DNA of 64,000 bases from Chlorokybus atmophyticus (lineage: Eukaryota; Plantae; Mesostigma and Chlorokybus algae). The stretch lies in contig RHPI01000277.1 of the NCBI GenBank assembly GCA_009103225.1, positions 20,652 through 84,651 on the forward strand, given 5' to 3'. Positions 25,201-38,207 of the stretch are shown here, in pieces (the stretch's first letter is position 1; each line of letters begins with the position of its first letter). A program made the position numbers and the translations under genes. The notes beneath the pieces were generated by a model, which saw only the letters and a program-made list of their open reading frames with translations, was not told where the DNA came from and did no database searches.

Positions 25201-26849
25201 TCACGCACACACACACGCCTTTCTACGCACCTGAGTGCGCACATGCTCACAAACACACGCATCCCNNNNNNNNNNNNCCCGCCATGAGCGCTTGCGGGCA
25301 TCGACATTGGCTTCGCTGCTGCAATGCCGCCGGGGCTATGGCCAGCTGTAGTAGCCATTGCAATGGCTGGCATGCCAGGCCAGCCGCCCTATGCATCTTG
25401 CGTGTATGGTCGACACGGTGTTGGCGGATGGATTAGTGCGATTGGGTTGTGGCTACTTGCAACTTCGCTTGGACTTGTTGAGTGCTTTCATGGATTGAGT
25501 TTTACACAACATGATCGCAACAAGCTTCGCAGCGATTGTTGGGTTGTGTTGCGGCAATAGCAAGGCAAACACTAGACTCCAATCGCTATAATATTTTTAA
25601 CATAGAGCCTTCACCGCTCGCTATATTTAACATATTCCTGTCGCCAGTAATAACCATCGATGGCACCCCTGCTACACTGGCAAACCGTTGTGATTTGGTT
25701 AGCCAGTGTGTTCTTGCGTTGTGTGCGTGCCACGCCCTCTCCTCCCTTTTCCCTGGGGCACACAGCCACACCAACACCACACGCACACACGCCTTCCGCA
25801 ATGCGGTGCGTCACTCACCAAACATCCAACTTGCCCTTCAAGAAAACAAGTTGTGCGCGTGTGCACATTTGCATACGCGTGGTGCAAGTTCAACAAAGTT
25901 TGTTCAGTGCCGTGCCGTGCGTGTGGGGCCCGAACCTACGTCACCTCTACCAAATCCAAGACCACCTCACCTCGTTGGTGAATGCTGGTGCACCGTGCAC
26001 CAAGGCTTGTGCTGCGCCTCATGCAATGTCCCTGCAAAGTATCATACATGATGGGTGCAAGTGCATGTGGGGATGCATGTGCGTGCACCGGATACTGTGC
26101 AGCTGCCCAGGTGCAATCAGACACACACAACTTGCATATGTGCGTGCGCAAGTGTGCATGCTGCAACGGAAGCATGCCTGTGTGTGCGCATATGTTAGAA
26201 GCAGTAGTAAGGTGCGACAGAACATGCAGCCCACAAGTCGAGAACCACTCACGACGGCTGAGACATCCGTCCTGCTTCTACAATTCAAGTACATAGCTGT
26301 TGGTTAGGCTGAGTACAGACGCATGCGTCCAAACGTACTAGACAGGATGTTGGACTGAGACATTCGCAGAACGGCCGTCAAACTTGCAGTCTATCAATCA
26401 GATGGCATTGTGGCGGCCGTTGCTACCACATCGCGACTTTCTGTTACTTCTATTGGCATAAGTCATGCCCTCGCAATGCATGTGTGCTGTTGGCACTGAC
26501 GTGCGCGAATGCAGAAAGTCTGCGGCATCCTTGAAACAAAGCAGTTTCAGCACATGCAGAACCCGCTATTGCTCTTTCTTACTATGCGCTGTGACTCTGG
26601 CTCCTGTAGTCATTGGACATGATCGCATTCGTCCTTTATAAGCCAACATGACGAGCTCGTGGTCGTGCGCATACCAGCACGCGCAGTCGTAATCCGCCTC
26701 GGAATGACGAGGCCATGTTGCAGTTGGTCGTGCCTCCTGCCTGCATGTGACAGAGAGATGTCCTTGCCCCTGCATGATGATGGTGCACATATTTAAGCTC
26801 ACAATGAGAATGACGGAAGCATTGCACCATGATGTGTTACGAGTAATAG

Positions 26850-27130
26850 CACTGACTAGTCCTACTAATAGTGCTCATCACCGGTAGTAGTACTAGCGGC
26901 AGCAGTAGTAATTTACTGGTGCAGCAGTAGTAGTAACTTACTGCTTACTACACTGCTTTTTGGAATGGCAGTACTGCTACTACTACTACTAGTACTCGGA
27001 GTACTGCCATGACGACTACTAGTGGGACGAGTAGTAGCAGTATTGCAGCTGCTAGCAGAGCTATTACTGCTACTACTAGCAGCGGTAGCTCTAGCACGAG
27101 TACTACTAGCACCACTACGTGCCATTCATA
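26850..27130. repeat. ACT/AGT-rich quasi-palindromic low-complexity array (counterparts at ~3390-3500, 11910-12000, 19350-19500, 33990-34090)
   Basis: Interleaved actact and agtagt runs at the same intronic position in several units. Confidence 0.9.
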
Positions 27131-27213
27131 CTACGGGCGTGCAGTGCGCAGTGTGCTCCCCGCAGTTGCTCCACAAGCGCGGGGGATTGATGTGTGCATG
27201 CGCAGTGCAAACT

Positions 27214-27513
<300 letters not shown>

Positions 27514-29003
27514 CGTGCATGCGTGGTCTCTTGCTNCGTGCGATGCGACTGAAGTCGGCAAGCATCATGCAGCAATATCGGAAATGAGTATCCGACACTG
27601 TGTGCTATGTAGCAGTAAACACTAAGCACCTTCGGGCAAGACTACAGCAGTGTGTTGCGTATTATGCAACGTGCAGCAGCTTGTCACCTCGCATGGTGTG
27701 TATTGGCCAGTACACAAAGGCCATGGCCTCTTAAAACGCTCTGTCTGCGCCATCTAGCCATTGAGTTTTAGGCAAGTTGCAAGTAACATGCCCTCCAAAA
27801 GTACACCGACAACAGATAAGGAAGCCAGTACGGTGTCTGCCATTACTCTCAGTAAGTAAGCAAAGGAGTGTCCACTTTGGGGTGCAATAGTGCATCACGC
27901 AGTTGTTGTGTTCAGCGCTACTAGTAGTCAACGGTGTAGGTGTTGGCAACAAGGCTTTACACAATGCTTTGAGCCTGCTCGAGCACTCACTTGCACTAAG
28001 CGCAACATAGCGCAGACCATTGCAGTTGCAAAGCGGAACCTGCCAATCATGCGGCATTGCGAGCCGCTTAAATCAAGCACATATATATCCCACCAAAGGC
28101 AACCATTGGTTGATCTCCTGAGTGCGTACCATGGGGAAAGGCTCGCACACCTTCAACAGCTTTGTTGCGCTACCTCCGTAGCGAAAGCGACAGTTGTGCT
28201 GCGGGGTCGCTGCTGTTGAGCCACAGTCTGCAGCTTTTAGGGTTGCTACCTGCAATTGGACACCTTCAACAGCTGCATTATCGACAATGTTAGTTTTGCA
28301 GATATTATTGAACGTGGTAACTTGTAGCGCCAGCACACACAAAACAGTTGTGCTACAGTCGGCTGCCATAGAGCTACTCGCCTCAACTGTAGCGCAGTTG
28401 GCAGCATTTATAGCTGCCACCTGCAGTGTCCTCATAGCTGCCCATAGCACCACTGTTGAGCAACAATGGCCACCTTACCGCTCACAGCTATCGACTGAGG
28501 AATAGCTTGCAGCACTTATTTTACTGCCCTCACAGGGGTCGTTTGGGCATGTGCATATGCGTGCATGCACACGGCTTTCGCATCAAGCCCAACCATGTAT
28601 GAAACGTGTCGGTGGCAGTTGACACATGTCAGTTGGCGATGATGGTTTGCTGCCTGTAGATTGTCATTGTTGCACTTGTGTTGGCGACCTGCTATGCCAC
28701 ACCAAGTGGCAGTGCAATAAGGTGACCTTGATGCACTACATAACCCCACCCATGTACACACAAGCACCCAACTAAGTGCACGTACGCATGTACGCGCACA
28801 ACGTGCGTCTGTGGGCGTAACCGGGCAGTGAGTGCATGTCGTACACTAAGCACTCCGCGGCACGGCACCCTACGCACATGCTAGACAGCTTGATGGCAGC
28901 AATGCACACTGGGACGGAAGCACAATATTTTGCGTTGCAGTGCACAGCTGCAGTTAGCGCAGCTCAACAGCTTTCCCTGAGTGGGTTGATGGAAAACAAA
29001 ACT

Positions 29004-29050
29004 AGTGAGTGCATTAAAAACCGCAATTCGCGGTTTTCAATGCACTCACT
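29004..29050. repeat. Intronic hairpin with 21-bp arms (1 mismatch); homologues at 5161-5207 and 35750-35796
   Basis: agtgagtgcattaaaaaccgc-aattc-gcggttttcaatgcactcact. Confidence 0.85.
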
Positions 29051-29292
29051 GATTCAAACATGGGCAAGCTGCTGCCACCTTGCTCTCTCCGCCGCGAGCT
29101 GTGCGCGAGGAGTGTTTGGCCCCACGACATCGACGGCGCTAGCGAACGTGGCTACTTTAACTTTGGATGTGCTTGTGTAGTTGTGGCTGTTAGCATGAGT
29201 ATGACTGAATGGCCCGTGTTGCCCTGTAATGTAATGTATTGATTTGAGCAACAAGCCTGCCCCACACAACGCCACACTGAACTTGCTTGTTG

Positions 29293-29420
29293 CGAAACGG
29301 CTTGCGCAGCGGGAGCTTATTTGCGCAAGCCGTTTCGAATCTATTATAAGGTTGATGTTCCCTTTTGGGGACGCTGTAGGGGTGGTGATAATGTGAAAGT
29401 TGGAGGCGACCTGCCCCTAC
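29293..29420. promoter_or_regulatory. Conserved upstream module M (hairpin, ttccc...gggacg, ggcgacYtgccc), best-preserved copy
   Basis: Perfect 16-bp stem cgaaacggcttgcgca/tgcgcaagccgtttcg at 29293-29337. Homologous modules at ~5633-5790, 9712-9810, 16131-16225, 23750-23840 and 36221-36380. Function (promoter versus element terminus) is inferred only. Confidence 0.6.
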
Positions 29421-29467
29421 CGATGATCATGAAACAATAACAATCTGGTCACAATTATGAAGGCAAA

Positions 29468-30619
29468 AGCCTAACCGTTAGCCTAAAAGTGTAGGGTAGG
29501 CTAAAAGACGATTGCACGTGGACTTTTTCGTGCATACTCTTAAGATCTATGAAACGGTGCGGTTGATGTCAAATAAGAACAAGCGCATTGTGATATGGGC
29601 TAGCAAAGTTGACTTCTGCATCCAACATACAGACATTGTGAGTCAATGCTCAAGTGACTTATTATTAACATGTGTGGATTACACTATCGGATTACACTTA
29701 CACCTTAACAGCTTTCACTTCATGCGCTTTCCTTCTTTGTGGAGTCACATCATCATTTTTTTATGCGCAACCGGTGCGCTAAAATAAGAGCACTGACATT
29801 CAGATGATTAAAAATAAGGTGTAGCATTTTTATTCAACATATAATGATGTTTACAACTTACATTGGTTTCTGTAAACTTTAAGTACTATTTCAAGGTAAC
29901 AAACAGCATGTTGCATTGATAAGTGCAAAGTGTCTACACACAAACCCATGCTCGTCGTCGCTTTACGTAATAGTTGGCCCATTCTTGATACAGCAATGGC
30001 CTCGTGTGAATTGACAGTATCACTATCAATGCTTAAAACGTAGTACTTAATATACAAGATTAGTATGGGAATCGGTCTCAGTGGAAGGAGTCGTTTACAT
30101 TATGCCGCAATAACGACGACTTTCGTACTTTGTTTGCATGTGCATTCAATGCGAATAATGATAATGCACATGCATATGTGTTGTCTATGCATTCTGAGTG
30201 AGTTCTTGCGTGAATGGCATGCATAACACTATGCATACAGTGCGCTTATCATGCACACACACTCATCACGCATTAAGAAGTATGCGATACGACTCAATGA
30301 GGATGTCTTTGCTGTGCAGAACACCCACTACATGCGATAGTTACGGCAGCATAAGTAGAAGTGGTTACATATGTCATAATAGCCTTTGAGTATGTGTAAT
30401 AGATGCATCAAGGGCTGCTACATCAATTCTGAGAACTTTTACCCACAGACAAACACATCTTCCTACACACCCGCACATGCGTGTCCCGCAGTTTGTGTGC
30501 ATGGGTGCGCACATACGCACAACACACGCATGGCCCCCCGCCCCTCCCACACGAGGCGCATGCGCATGTGATTGTTGGACACTTTGCTTGTTGGTGTGAC
30601 TAACAGAGTAGGGGCTTAA
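29468..30619. mobile_element. 1152-bp AT-rich element, copy 2
   Basis: Duplicate of 19571-20722. Termini are aaaa|GCC...GGC|TTAA with weak imperfect terminal similarity. No coding capacity recognised. Confidence 0.55.
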
Positions 30620-30749
30620 TGTATTAGGTAGAGTTGGCAGCCCAATGGTGAACTGCTGGTGTTGTGTGTCAGCATGAAGTGGCATGTGTGACTGCTGGAT
30701 GTTGTACATGACATTGTGTGCTTGACACCATGCATGCTACTATTATAGC

Positions 30750-33700
30750 ATGCTATCTCTTGTACACATCCACCAACACCACGACCCACACATACAAATG
30801 CAGCTCCCCCCCCCCCCNNNNNNNNNNNNNNNNNNNNNNNNNNNNNNNNNNNNNNNNNNNNNNNNNNNNNNNNNNNNNNNNNNNGGGGGGGGGGGGGGGG
30901 AATGTAGTGCTGCCGGTGCTGAGGCAAGCTTTAATGGTTGGTATGCCGCCTAATGCACTTGACGTTCGTGGCCGATACGGTGTTTGCGGAGCTACAGCAT
31001 CATCCTGTGCGGTTGGGTTGTGGCTGCTTGCAACAGCACTTGAATTTTCCTTCAACTTGGTGGATGCTTTCATGACTCAGTTTTGCAACGTCTATTGTGT
31101 GGTTCAGTGGCGGTAATAGGTAGGCAAACACTAAGCTGCGGTTGCGGTTGTTGCTTCAGCAGAGAGCCCACCACCGCTCCTTACTCCCTGCCGCGAAAAC
31201 CACAACCAGCCCTGCTACACTGGCACACCATTGTGTTGTGTCACTCGTTGAACAGCCAATGTATTCTTGCGTGCGTCACAGTTTAGTGTACAGTGCTGTG
31301 CCATGCGTTCGGGTTTTGGGACTACCTCACCTCTACAAGGACCAAGGACTACATCACGGCGGAGGTGAGCGGTGGTGCGGCTGCGCTGCGCCTCATGCCG
31401 TGTCTTGTAGTATACAATTGTGAGTGCAAGTGCATGTGAGCATGCGCGTGCCGGATGTCATGCACTTATAGATGCCCAGATGCGATCAAGCATATACAGT
31501 TTGCATGTGCATGCGTGCGCGCCACCACGGCATGCCCGCGTGTATGCAAAGCAGCAGCTAACCTGCAGCTTGTTTGTATTGGCTACCTGTAGCCAACACA
31601 GTCGCACCGTCTGAACACATAACCATCAACAATGGCTGAGCTAGTTGAGTGCAATGTGGTCGTGCTCAGCAAGTCATTCAACCAAGCAAAGCATGTTAAT
31701 ATAAAGATGTATACGAGCTCAACAGCGTTGATTGCTTACTATCAGTTACAACAAGCTCCACGTGCATGCCACCAACTACACGGCGCAAATGCACACTCCA
31801 CACAAGCCAAAGTTGCCATCGTTGCCGCTTCACCCCTCGTCTTCAGAACCGTCTTCAACCTGCTGCATACTATGCTTATGTAGCGTCTGCAACAAACTTT
31901 GCATATCAATGGGTGCCATCAGGAACAGGCAGGTGAGTCGTTGAGAATGGTACCCTCCATGCAGACAGCACGCTACAACAACATCCTACCTGCACTTATA
32001 TCTGGTCATCATGGTGGTCCGTAGCCGTGACGTGGAGAGTGCCACCCTCCACGCGCAGCAGTGCGTGGCACCTCGAAGGCCTCTCCCCACCCACCCCTTT
32101 CCGCGAAAGTATATATATACACAAATGCACGCACTCACAACCACCTACCCACACGCAACACACCAACCCACAGTCCCACCGACCCTCTCTTACCAACTGA
32201 TGCGCACACATGCGCCCAAGCCTGTACCGACCAAAACGCCCACATGCACACCGCTGCGCGCATGCGCCTCACACACACCGGCGCGCCCACCCACCCACAC
32301 CTGCATGTGGCATTAGGAACACAAACATGCTCGTGACGCGCATGCACGTATTCAACCACCACCACCCGCCGAGACGTGTGCGCACCTACCCCGGGTGCAT
32401 GAGTGGCACCGCACCACCCATGCATGTGGCATTGGGGCCACGCCCACGCCCACGCCCACGCACCTGCACAAGCCTTCTACAAACCTGCACGCACGCGGGT
32501 AAGCACACGCTCACGGCGACGCATGCACGCATACCACCCGTGGGGCCCCTGCCACACACACACGCATGCATGCTCACGCACCACTCTTCCCCCCTTTTGC
32601 GCCTAGACATACACGCTTACATCACTCTAACCACATAACCATGCACCGACCCACAATAAAGATCTCACACCCATGCCCACGTGCACACCTACGCGCCCAC
32701 ACCCACGCCCACAAACACACCTGCATGCGCACATGTTACCCCGCCCCTCCCCGGTGCACACAGACAGCCATAACAACAGCGCGGGCGCGCACGCTTGCAA
32801 GGCGTCACTTGATGACCAGTGTCTTATCGTGCGTGCGTGGTGTAGGGATGCTGTACAGTTCTGTGCTGTGCACGTGTTCTGGGACTACCTCACTTTGACG
32901 GCGAGCGCTGGTGCGACTGTGCTGCACCTTATGCAGTGTCCCTGTAAAGTGCAAGTACCAGTGCATGTGCCAGAAACCACGGACTCACCCAGATACCTGT
33001 GCCATCATACGCACACAGCTTGCGTGCGTGCGAGCAAGTCAGAAGCAGAAGTAGGGTGCGGCATAATATGTAGCCCGCAGTCGCATCTCTCCTGCCAATG
33101 AAATTAACAGACGGTTGCAATGCGTCCATCAATGGTGACTTACGCTGAGCCTCTCTTGCCTGCGTGACATTGCCGTGCTGGTCACGGTTGGGCAATCAAC
33201 TTCGAGGTGTCCACCTGCCAACACATGTATTGCAACATGCATACTGTTACGGCAACAGCGGCTGCCTCAAAGGCCTCCAGTCACCAGACTGGTAGCCTTC
33301 TGAAATGAGAGCTCATAAGCTGTTCATGAACATTCGCCCTGCGGACGTCTCAGTCCAACTATTGGATTGGTGCGGCGCACGCATGCGTCTGCACTCGGCC
33401 TAACCAACAAGGATTTGCTGTAAACGTCACACTTGCAGTGTATTATTGCTGAAAAGAGCGACACGTCTCGGCAGTTATTAATAATTCCGCATGGTAGGTG
33501 TGCTCTAAGCGCATGCTAAAGAAGACTTAAAGTCTCAGGCTGTAGCGCTCTTCATCCTAAGCAGTGTCATGCTCATACACAAACCTGCTAGTGCTCTTCT
33601 TACTATCCGCGCTGCAGCTTTCGTACCTGGTGTTGCTTTGGGCAAGGTTGCATTCATCCTTTATAGGTGACCTGTGAGGCTCGCAACCATAAGTCATGGT

Positions 33701-33768
33701 TGCGAGCCTCGCAACACGCTCAGTTGAAACTCGCCTTGGGATGCCGCATTGCAGTCGGCTGGGCCTCC

Positions 33769-33799
<31 letters not shown>

Positions 33800-33800
33800 N

Positions 33801-33882
<82 letters not shown>

Positions 33883-36800
33883 TTGTGTGCCATCGCAGTT
33901 AACACTGCGCTTCCTGCCACATGTGCGGAGCTTTTGCGCAAGTGGGGAGCACAAGGCACACCCGGCGGCCCGTAGTACGCAGGGCCCGTCGTAGTGCTAC
34001 TAGCACTTGAACTCTCGAAGTACTAGTAGCAGTAGTACTATTAGTATCACTAATACTACTAGCAATGGACAGCACTATTAGTACAGCATCCTGCAGGGCA
34101 CTTCAGCTTTCTCATCATGGTGATGGTGCAACATTCATGCAGGCGCTCTCAATGACTGTGTGCGGACATGGAGGGGTGGAGAGACTATGTGCGCACGCGT
34201 GCGTGCCTGCGTGGAAAGTGCACTGCTACTACGAGCACTTCTCCCAAATTGACTCCTGGTATCAGTATCTGCACACCTGCGAGGTGACGAAGGTGAGCTG
34301 GTCCTTGAGCGTTCCCGCAATGGTGTCGCCCAATCATAGCGTTGAACACACCCAACTCCTCCAAGCGACCAGTGCTTTTCTGCGATATTCGTGGAAGTAC
34401 GTGCTGCAGATACCAAGGACAGCGGCAAGTTAGTAGCAGCCTGCATCGTAACGCTCGTTACTGACCATGCGCTCAAGTCCAACGAAGTCAGCAAGCACCA
34501 TGCAGCGTTGATAATATGGGTAGCAGACACTGACCCAAGCACCAAATATCACAGCAGTTCTATAGCTGTGTGTTGCGTTCTATGCGAATGCAACATGCAG
34601 CAGCTTGTCACCTCAGGGCCTTACGTGGTGCGTAGTGGCCCTTATCACGTGAAAAGGGCCAATACGCACCACGTGTGCACACGCCTGTAGGCGCCATCCG
34701 TCAATCGCAGAGAAAGCAGTTCAACGAGTTGTTCAGCGCTATCTAACGGTGTAATCAATGGCAACAAACCTACACAACACTTCAAGCCTGCGCAAACACC
34801 TGCTCGCACCTGTACGCAACAAACAATGCAAGCTGTTGAAGTGGCATTGCAGAACAAGCATGAGTCTTTGCATGCCCAAGCACAATAAACAGCCACCAGA
34901 GGCAACGAGTGACTCATAAGTGTGAACCTTGGAGAAGGCTTGGGTCGCACACCTGCAACCAGCCGTGCTATATGCTACTTCATCAGCACTTACACCACAG
35001 TGCAACAAGTTGTGCTACAGTTGAGCTGCCCGTTGAGCCACATGTGCAGTTTCAGACAGTGTAGCTTCCAAAGGTGCCACCTGCAGTTGGACACGTCTCA
35101 GCAGCAGTGAACCTGTCAGTAACACACTTGTTCATAAACAGGATGTTTGTAGCAAGCACACAACGCAGTGCTGCTGCAAGCAGCCATTGAGCTACCAACC
35201 AAACTATCGTACAGATTGCAGCGTGCGTAACTGCCAGCTCTTATCAAATGAGGATAGCTTGCAGCACTCTCATCCCCTGCCCGTTGATCATGTGCGTGTG
35301 CACGGCTGCTGACATCAAATTAACCACATTGACCTGTGGCAGAGAACACTCGGTCTGCGCTGAAGTTTCTGCATTTCAGGAAGCGATGGTGCATAGTGTG
35401 GGCTGCCTTTGCTGACGCAGCAGCCTGGGTGGGTGGCATCAAGTACTTTGGTAACCTCGCACAACACGCATCTTTGTACGTAATCGGGCCCCGGGTGCAC
35501 ACTGTACACTCACTTCCCACAGTGTGCACGTGGCACACACTCCCTCCTGCCTGAAGCTAGTGTGGCGCAGCGGCCTTCATCGTTGAGCTGAGAAGGTGGC
35601 GCACGCAATTGTGCTCCGCACTCCTCGCGGCACGATGCCTTTCGCACATGCGAGACAGCTTGATGGTCGCAATGCCCTATTGTGACGGTAGCACTACATG
35701 GCGCTGCAGTGCACAGCTGCAGTAAGCGTAGCTTGACAGTTTTCATTGGGTGAGTTGATGAAAGCCGCTGATTGCGGTTTTTATCAATCCACTCGCATAA
35801 TCAGACACAGGCTGCGCAGCTTGTGTCTGATCACGCAAGCTGCCTCGTGTGCTGCTGCGACCTTACTGTCAAGGGCATGCCAAATTGTACAGCATGCCAG
35901 CAGATACCAAGGTGTGCTGCTTGACTGCGCAGGACGGAGGCAAAGTCGCACACAGCGTAGCGGCCACACAACCCCAGATGATTGCTCACGGCAAGCGTCC
36001 GCACAGTCAAAGTCTCACCAGCATGCACCCAGGCATGCAAGCAACAAGCAGCCTTCTCCTGCGCAAGCGCACTCTTAGACCAGACGACACAAGCAGCGCG
36101 TCCAGCCTATCCACGAACTGAAGCTGCTCCTCGCTCACCCTGCGGCATGCACACCACCAGCTTCCTCCACGAGCTGAAGCTGCGGCTTACAGACGCCTAA
36201 CACACACAATGCCACACTAACCGGCTTGGCGCAATGTGCCGCGGCGCAAGCTTTCGATGTAGGGCTTGTATGCCGGTATCAGCTTGTCACTAAAGATGTA
36301 TAACAGACCTTGGATTCCCTTGTGAGGACGCTATTGCAGGGGTGTTGATGGTGACAATTGGGGCGATCTGCCACTACCGGCAATTGTGCTGCATGATGCG
36401 TATTAATTCTCTCAGCATGCACGGTTCGAGCACAGCCTCTGGCAATTCTTCTGTGCAGCAAATGTATGTGTATGTATGCTAGCTTCTACCTCAGATTTGC
36501 TTCATAGACATAAGCTTTGCATGCAAATGCAAATTGTTGTCCCAATCAAGTACATGCGGTGCGACAAGCGCAAGTGATAATTATGTTTGCATATTAATTT
36601 ATGGAGAGTCATGGAGTATTTATGTTTATGCAATGCATTTATAACACATGGAGTTTAAGTAGCAGTATTAATGAATTGTAATACATTAGCACATGTTACT
36701 ATCCCAAGCGAAATAAGTGTGAATTCTTACTGGAAAAGAACTCGTGCACTTGTTCGCAAATTGCAATCGGGCATGTCATTACACTTTGTGTAGCTCAAAA

Positions 36801-36917
36801 TTTGGCAAATGTGCACATGAGCACTCCTACGTCGTATTTACTATGCATATTGCCTTAATGCATACTTTTACCGTTTATCGCCGCAGTTAAACATTGAAAT
36901 GAGAAGATTGCAACACA
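30750..36917 (-). repeat. Family-1 unit U6, recent duplicate of U1
   Basis: Long colinear near-identity to U1 (for example ORF translations 4747/35336, 4921/35510, 5260/35849 and 1142/31632 are nearly identical). Similarity stops at gattgcaaca ~36915. Confidence 0.95.
33772..33877. repeat. (GA)n microsatellite forming the polypyrimidine tract of a minus-strand acceptor
   Basis: Direct run abutting ctcacag| on the minus strand; the U1 counterpart at ~3298-3325 is much shorter. Confidence 0.95.
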
Positions 36918-37156
36918 CAGTAGGGATTCTTATCTTGATGTAAGAGGCAGGTGCAAATCGTATTCCAGCTTTTGTAGAAGGATACATTGAATTGCCGCCC
37001 CTCAAACACCCAAATCGCACTACGAAGCTTATTTGTACACGTATTCTTGGAGGCCGTATCATTCAAAACACCTACATGGTAATGGTAGCCCCCAGCCTTA
37101 TGTAGTTCTTTACTTACGACGACGGCCTGGCAGGTATTGTTGAGAGCGTTGTCCAC
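36918..37156 (-). mobile_element. HUH rolling-circle Rep endonuclease remnant (geminivirus/CRESS-like fold; Replitron- or plasmid-type)
   Basis: VVVSKELHKAGGYHYHVGVL matches motif II (xExHxxGxxHxH). FEGRQFNVSFYKSWNTICTCLLHQDKNP matches the region through motif III, with TGC where the catalytic TAC (Tyr) is expected. Motif I is not seen; the fragment is AT-rich. Confidence 0.7.
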
Positions 37157-37164
37157 TGTCCCGT

Positions 37165-38207
37165 TCAGTGGAGGCTCCAGTTTATGACTAACACCACGGC
37201 GGCAGCTTTGTCGCTGAGGATCTTGTAGTTGGTGTCCTTCAGCAGCTTGACCATACAGGTGTAAGTGCGCAGCGGATCCTCCCGTGCCTTGCGCCTGAAG
37301 TGACGCAACTCCTCCACCTTCTGACTAGTCTGTGGTGGGAATGTGCGCCGAAGCGCCAGATACAAGTCCTACAAGGGTGACAACGTGCGATCCACCTTAA
37401 CGGTGAGGGCGGGTTCTCGCATGCTGAACAAGCCTGAAGACAGTTTACTACCTGCAGCTGTGTCTCAGGTTCCCTGAGTCCTTGTCCGGATTGGAGTATC
37501 AGGTACGGCGACGCGTTGTCGTGCTTGTGCTTTTTCAAGCGCAGTTTGCTGCTCTGCCATCAGCCTGAACGCCAATAGTTGTACCTTGGACCGGCGTGCT
37601 TGTTGCGCTGCCGCCAACTCGCGATCGACCACTGCAGGATCAACTGCTGGTATATCTGCTTCAGCTGACAACTGTGCTGCGGCCAAAGCTTCCGTAAGAG
37701 TAGGGCCTTGCAGTGGGGCAGCTGGAACAATGGACGTGGCAGGGAATCCAGGAGTTGATGCTTCCATGGGCAGAGCTCCGGTGCCGGCCAGAAGTCCGTA
37801 CCCTCCAATCTCATGCTGTGCAGCAACTGACCTATACACCTCATGTGCCTCGTGATCTAAGCAAGTTGCAGCCATGCGAAAAGACATTACATCTGATTAG
37901 TTGGGAGTTTGGACCGCATGGTAGCTCATCCTGGAATCGAACTTGATAATCCATTCGTCCAATGGTGTTGTGCCAGGACATCCAAAGGAGGTGAGACTAT
38001 GAGTGGAACCGATGCCTCCATGATGTCGATGTCGAGCTGAGCGATGAAGCTTTCAACTTGATGACGAGACTGAGTATGTCTGGAACAGGGTACTGGTGAA
38101 GACCGGGGGTTGTCGCTGTTGTCATCGCCCTCTTCCTCGCCATATCGTCCGTATGATAGGTTCGAGCCCAACCAACTGTCGAAGTCGATGGTGGTCTCCT
38201 CGGCCAT
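37165..38207 (-). mobile_element. Decayed Ty3/Gypsy-like gag (capsid) pseudo-ORF
   Basis: ATG at 38207 (MAEETTIDF...), then a frameshift to SFGCPGTTPLDEWIIKFDSRM...RMAATCLDHEAHEVYRSV and LRRTFPPQTSQKVEELRHFRRKAREDPLRTY, typical retrotransposon gag patterns. At least three stops. Confidence 0.55.

Larger units (their letters stand above)
17515..25260 (-). repeat. Family-1 unit U4 (contains the 1.15-kb element and the DDHD insert)
   Basis: Colinear blocks at ~18289, 19132, 20975, 21301, 23090-23225, 23620 and 23750; AT-rich spacer ~23900-25200. Confidence 0.85.
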
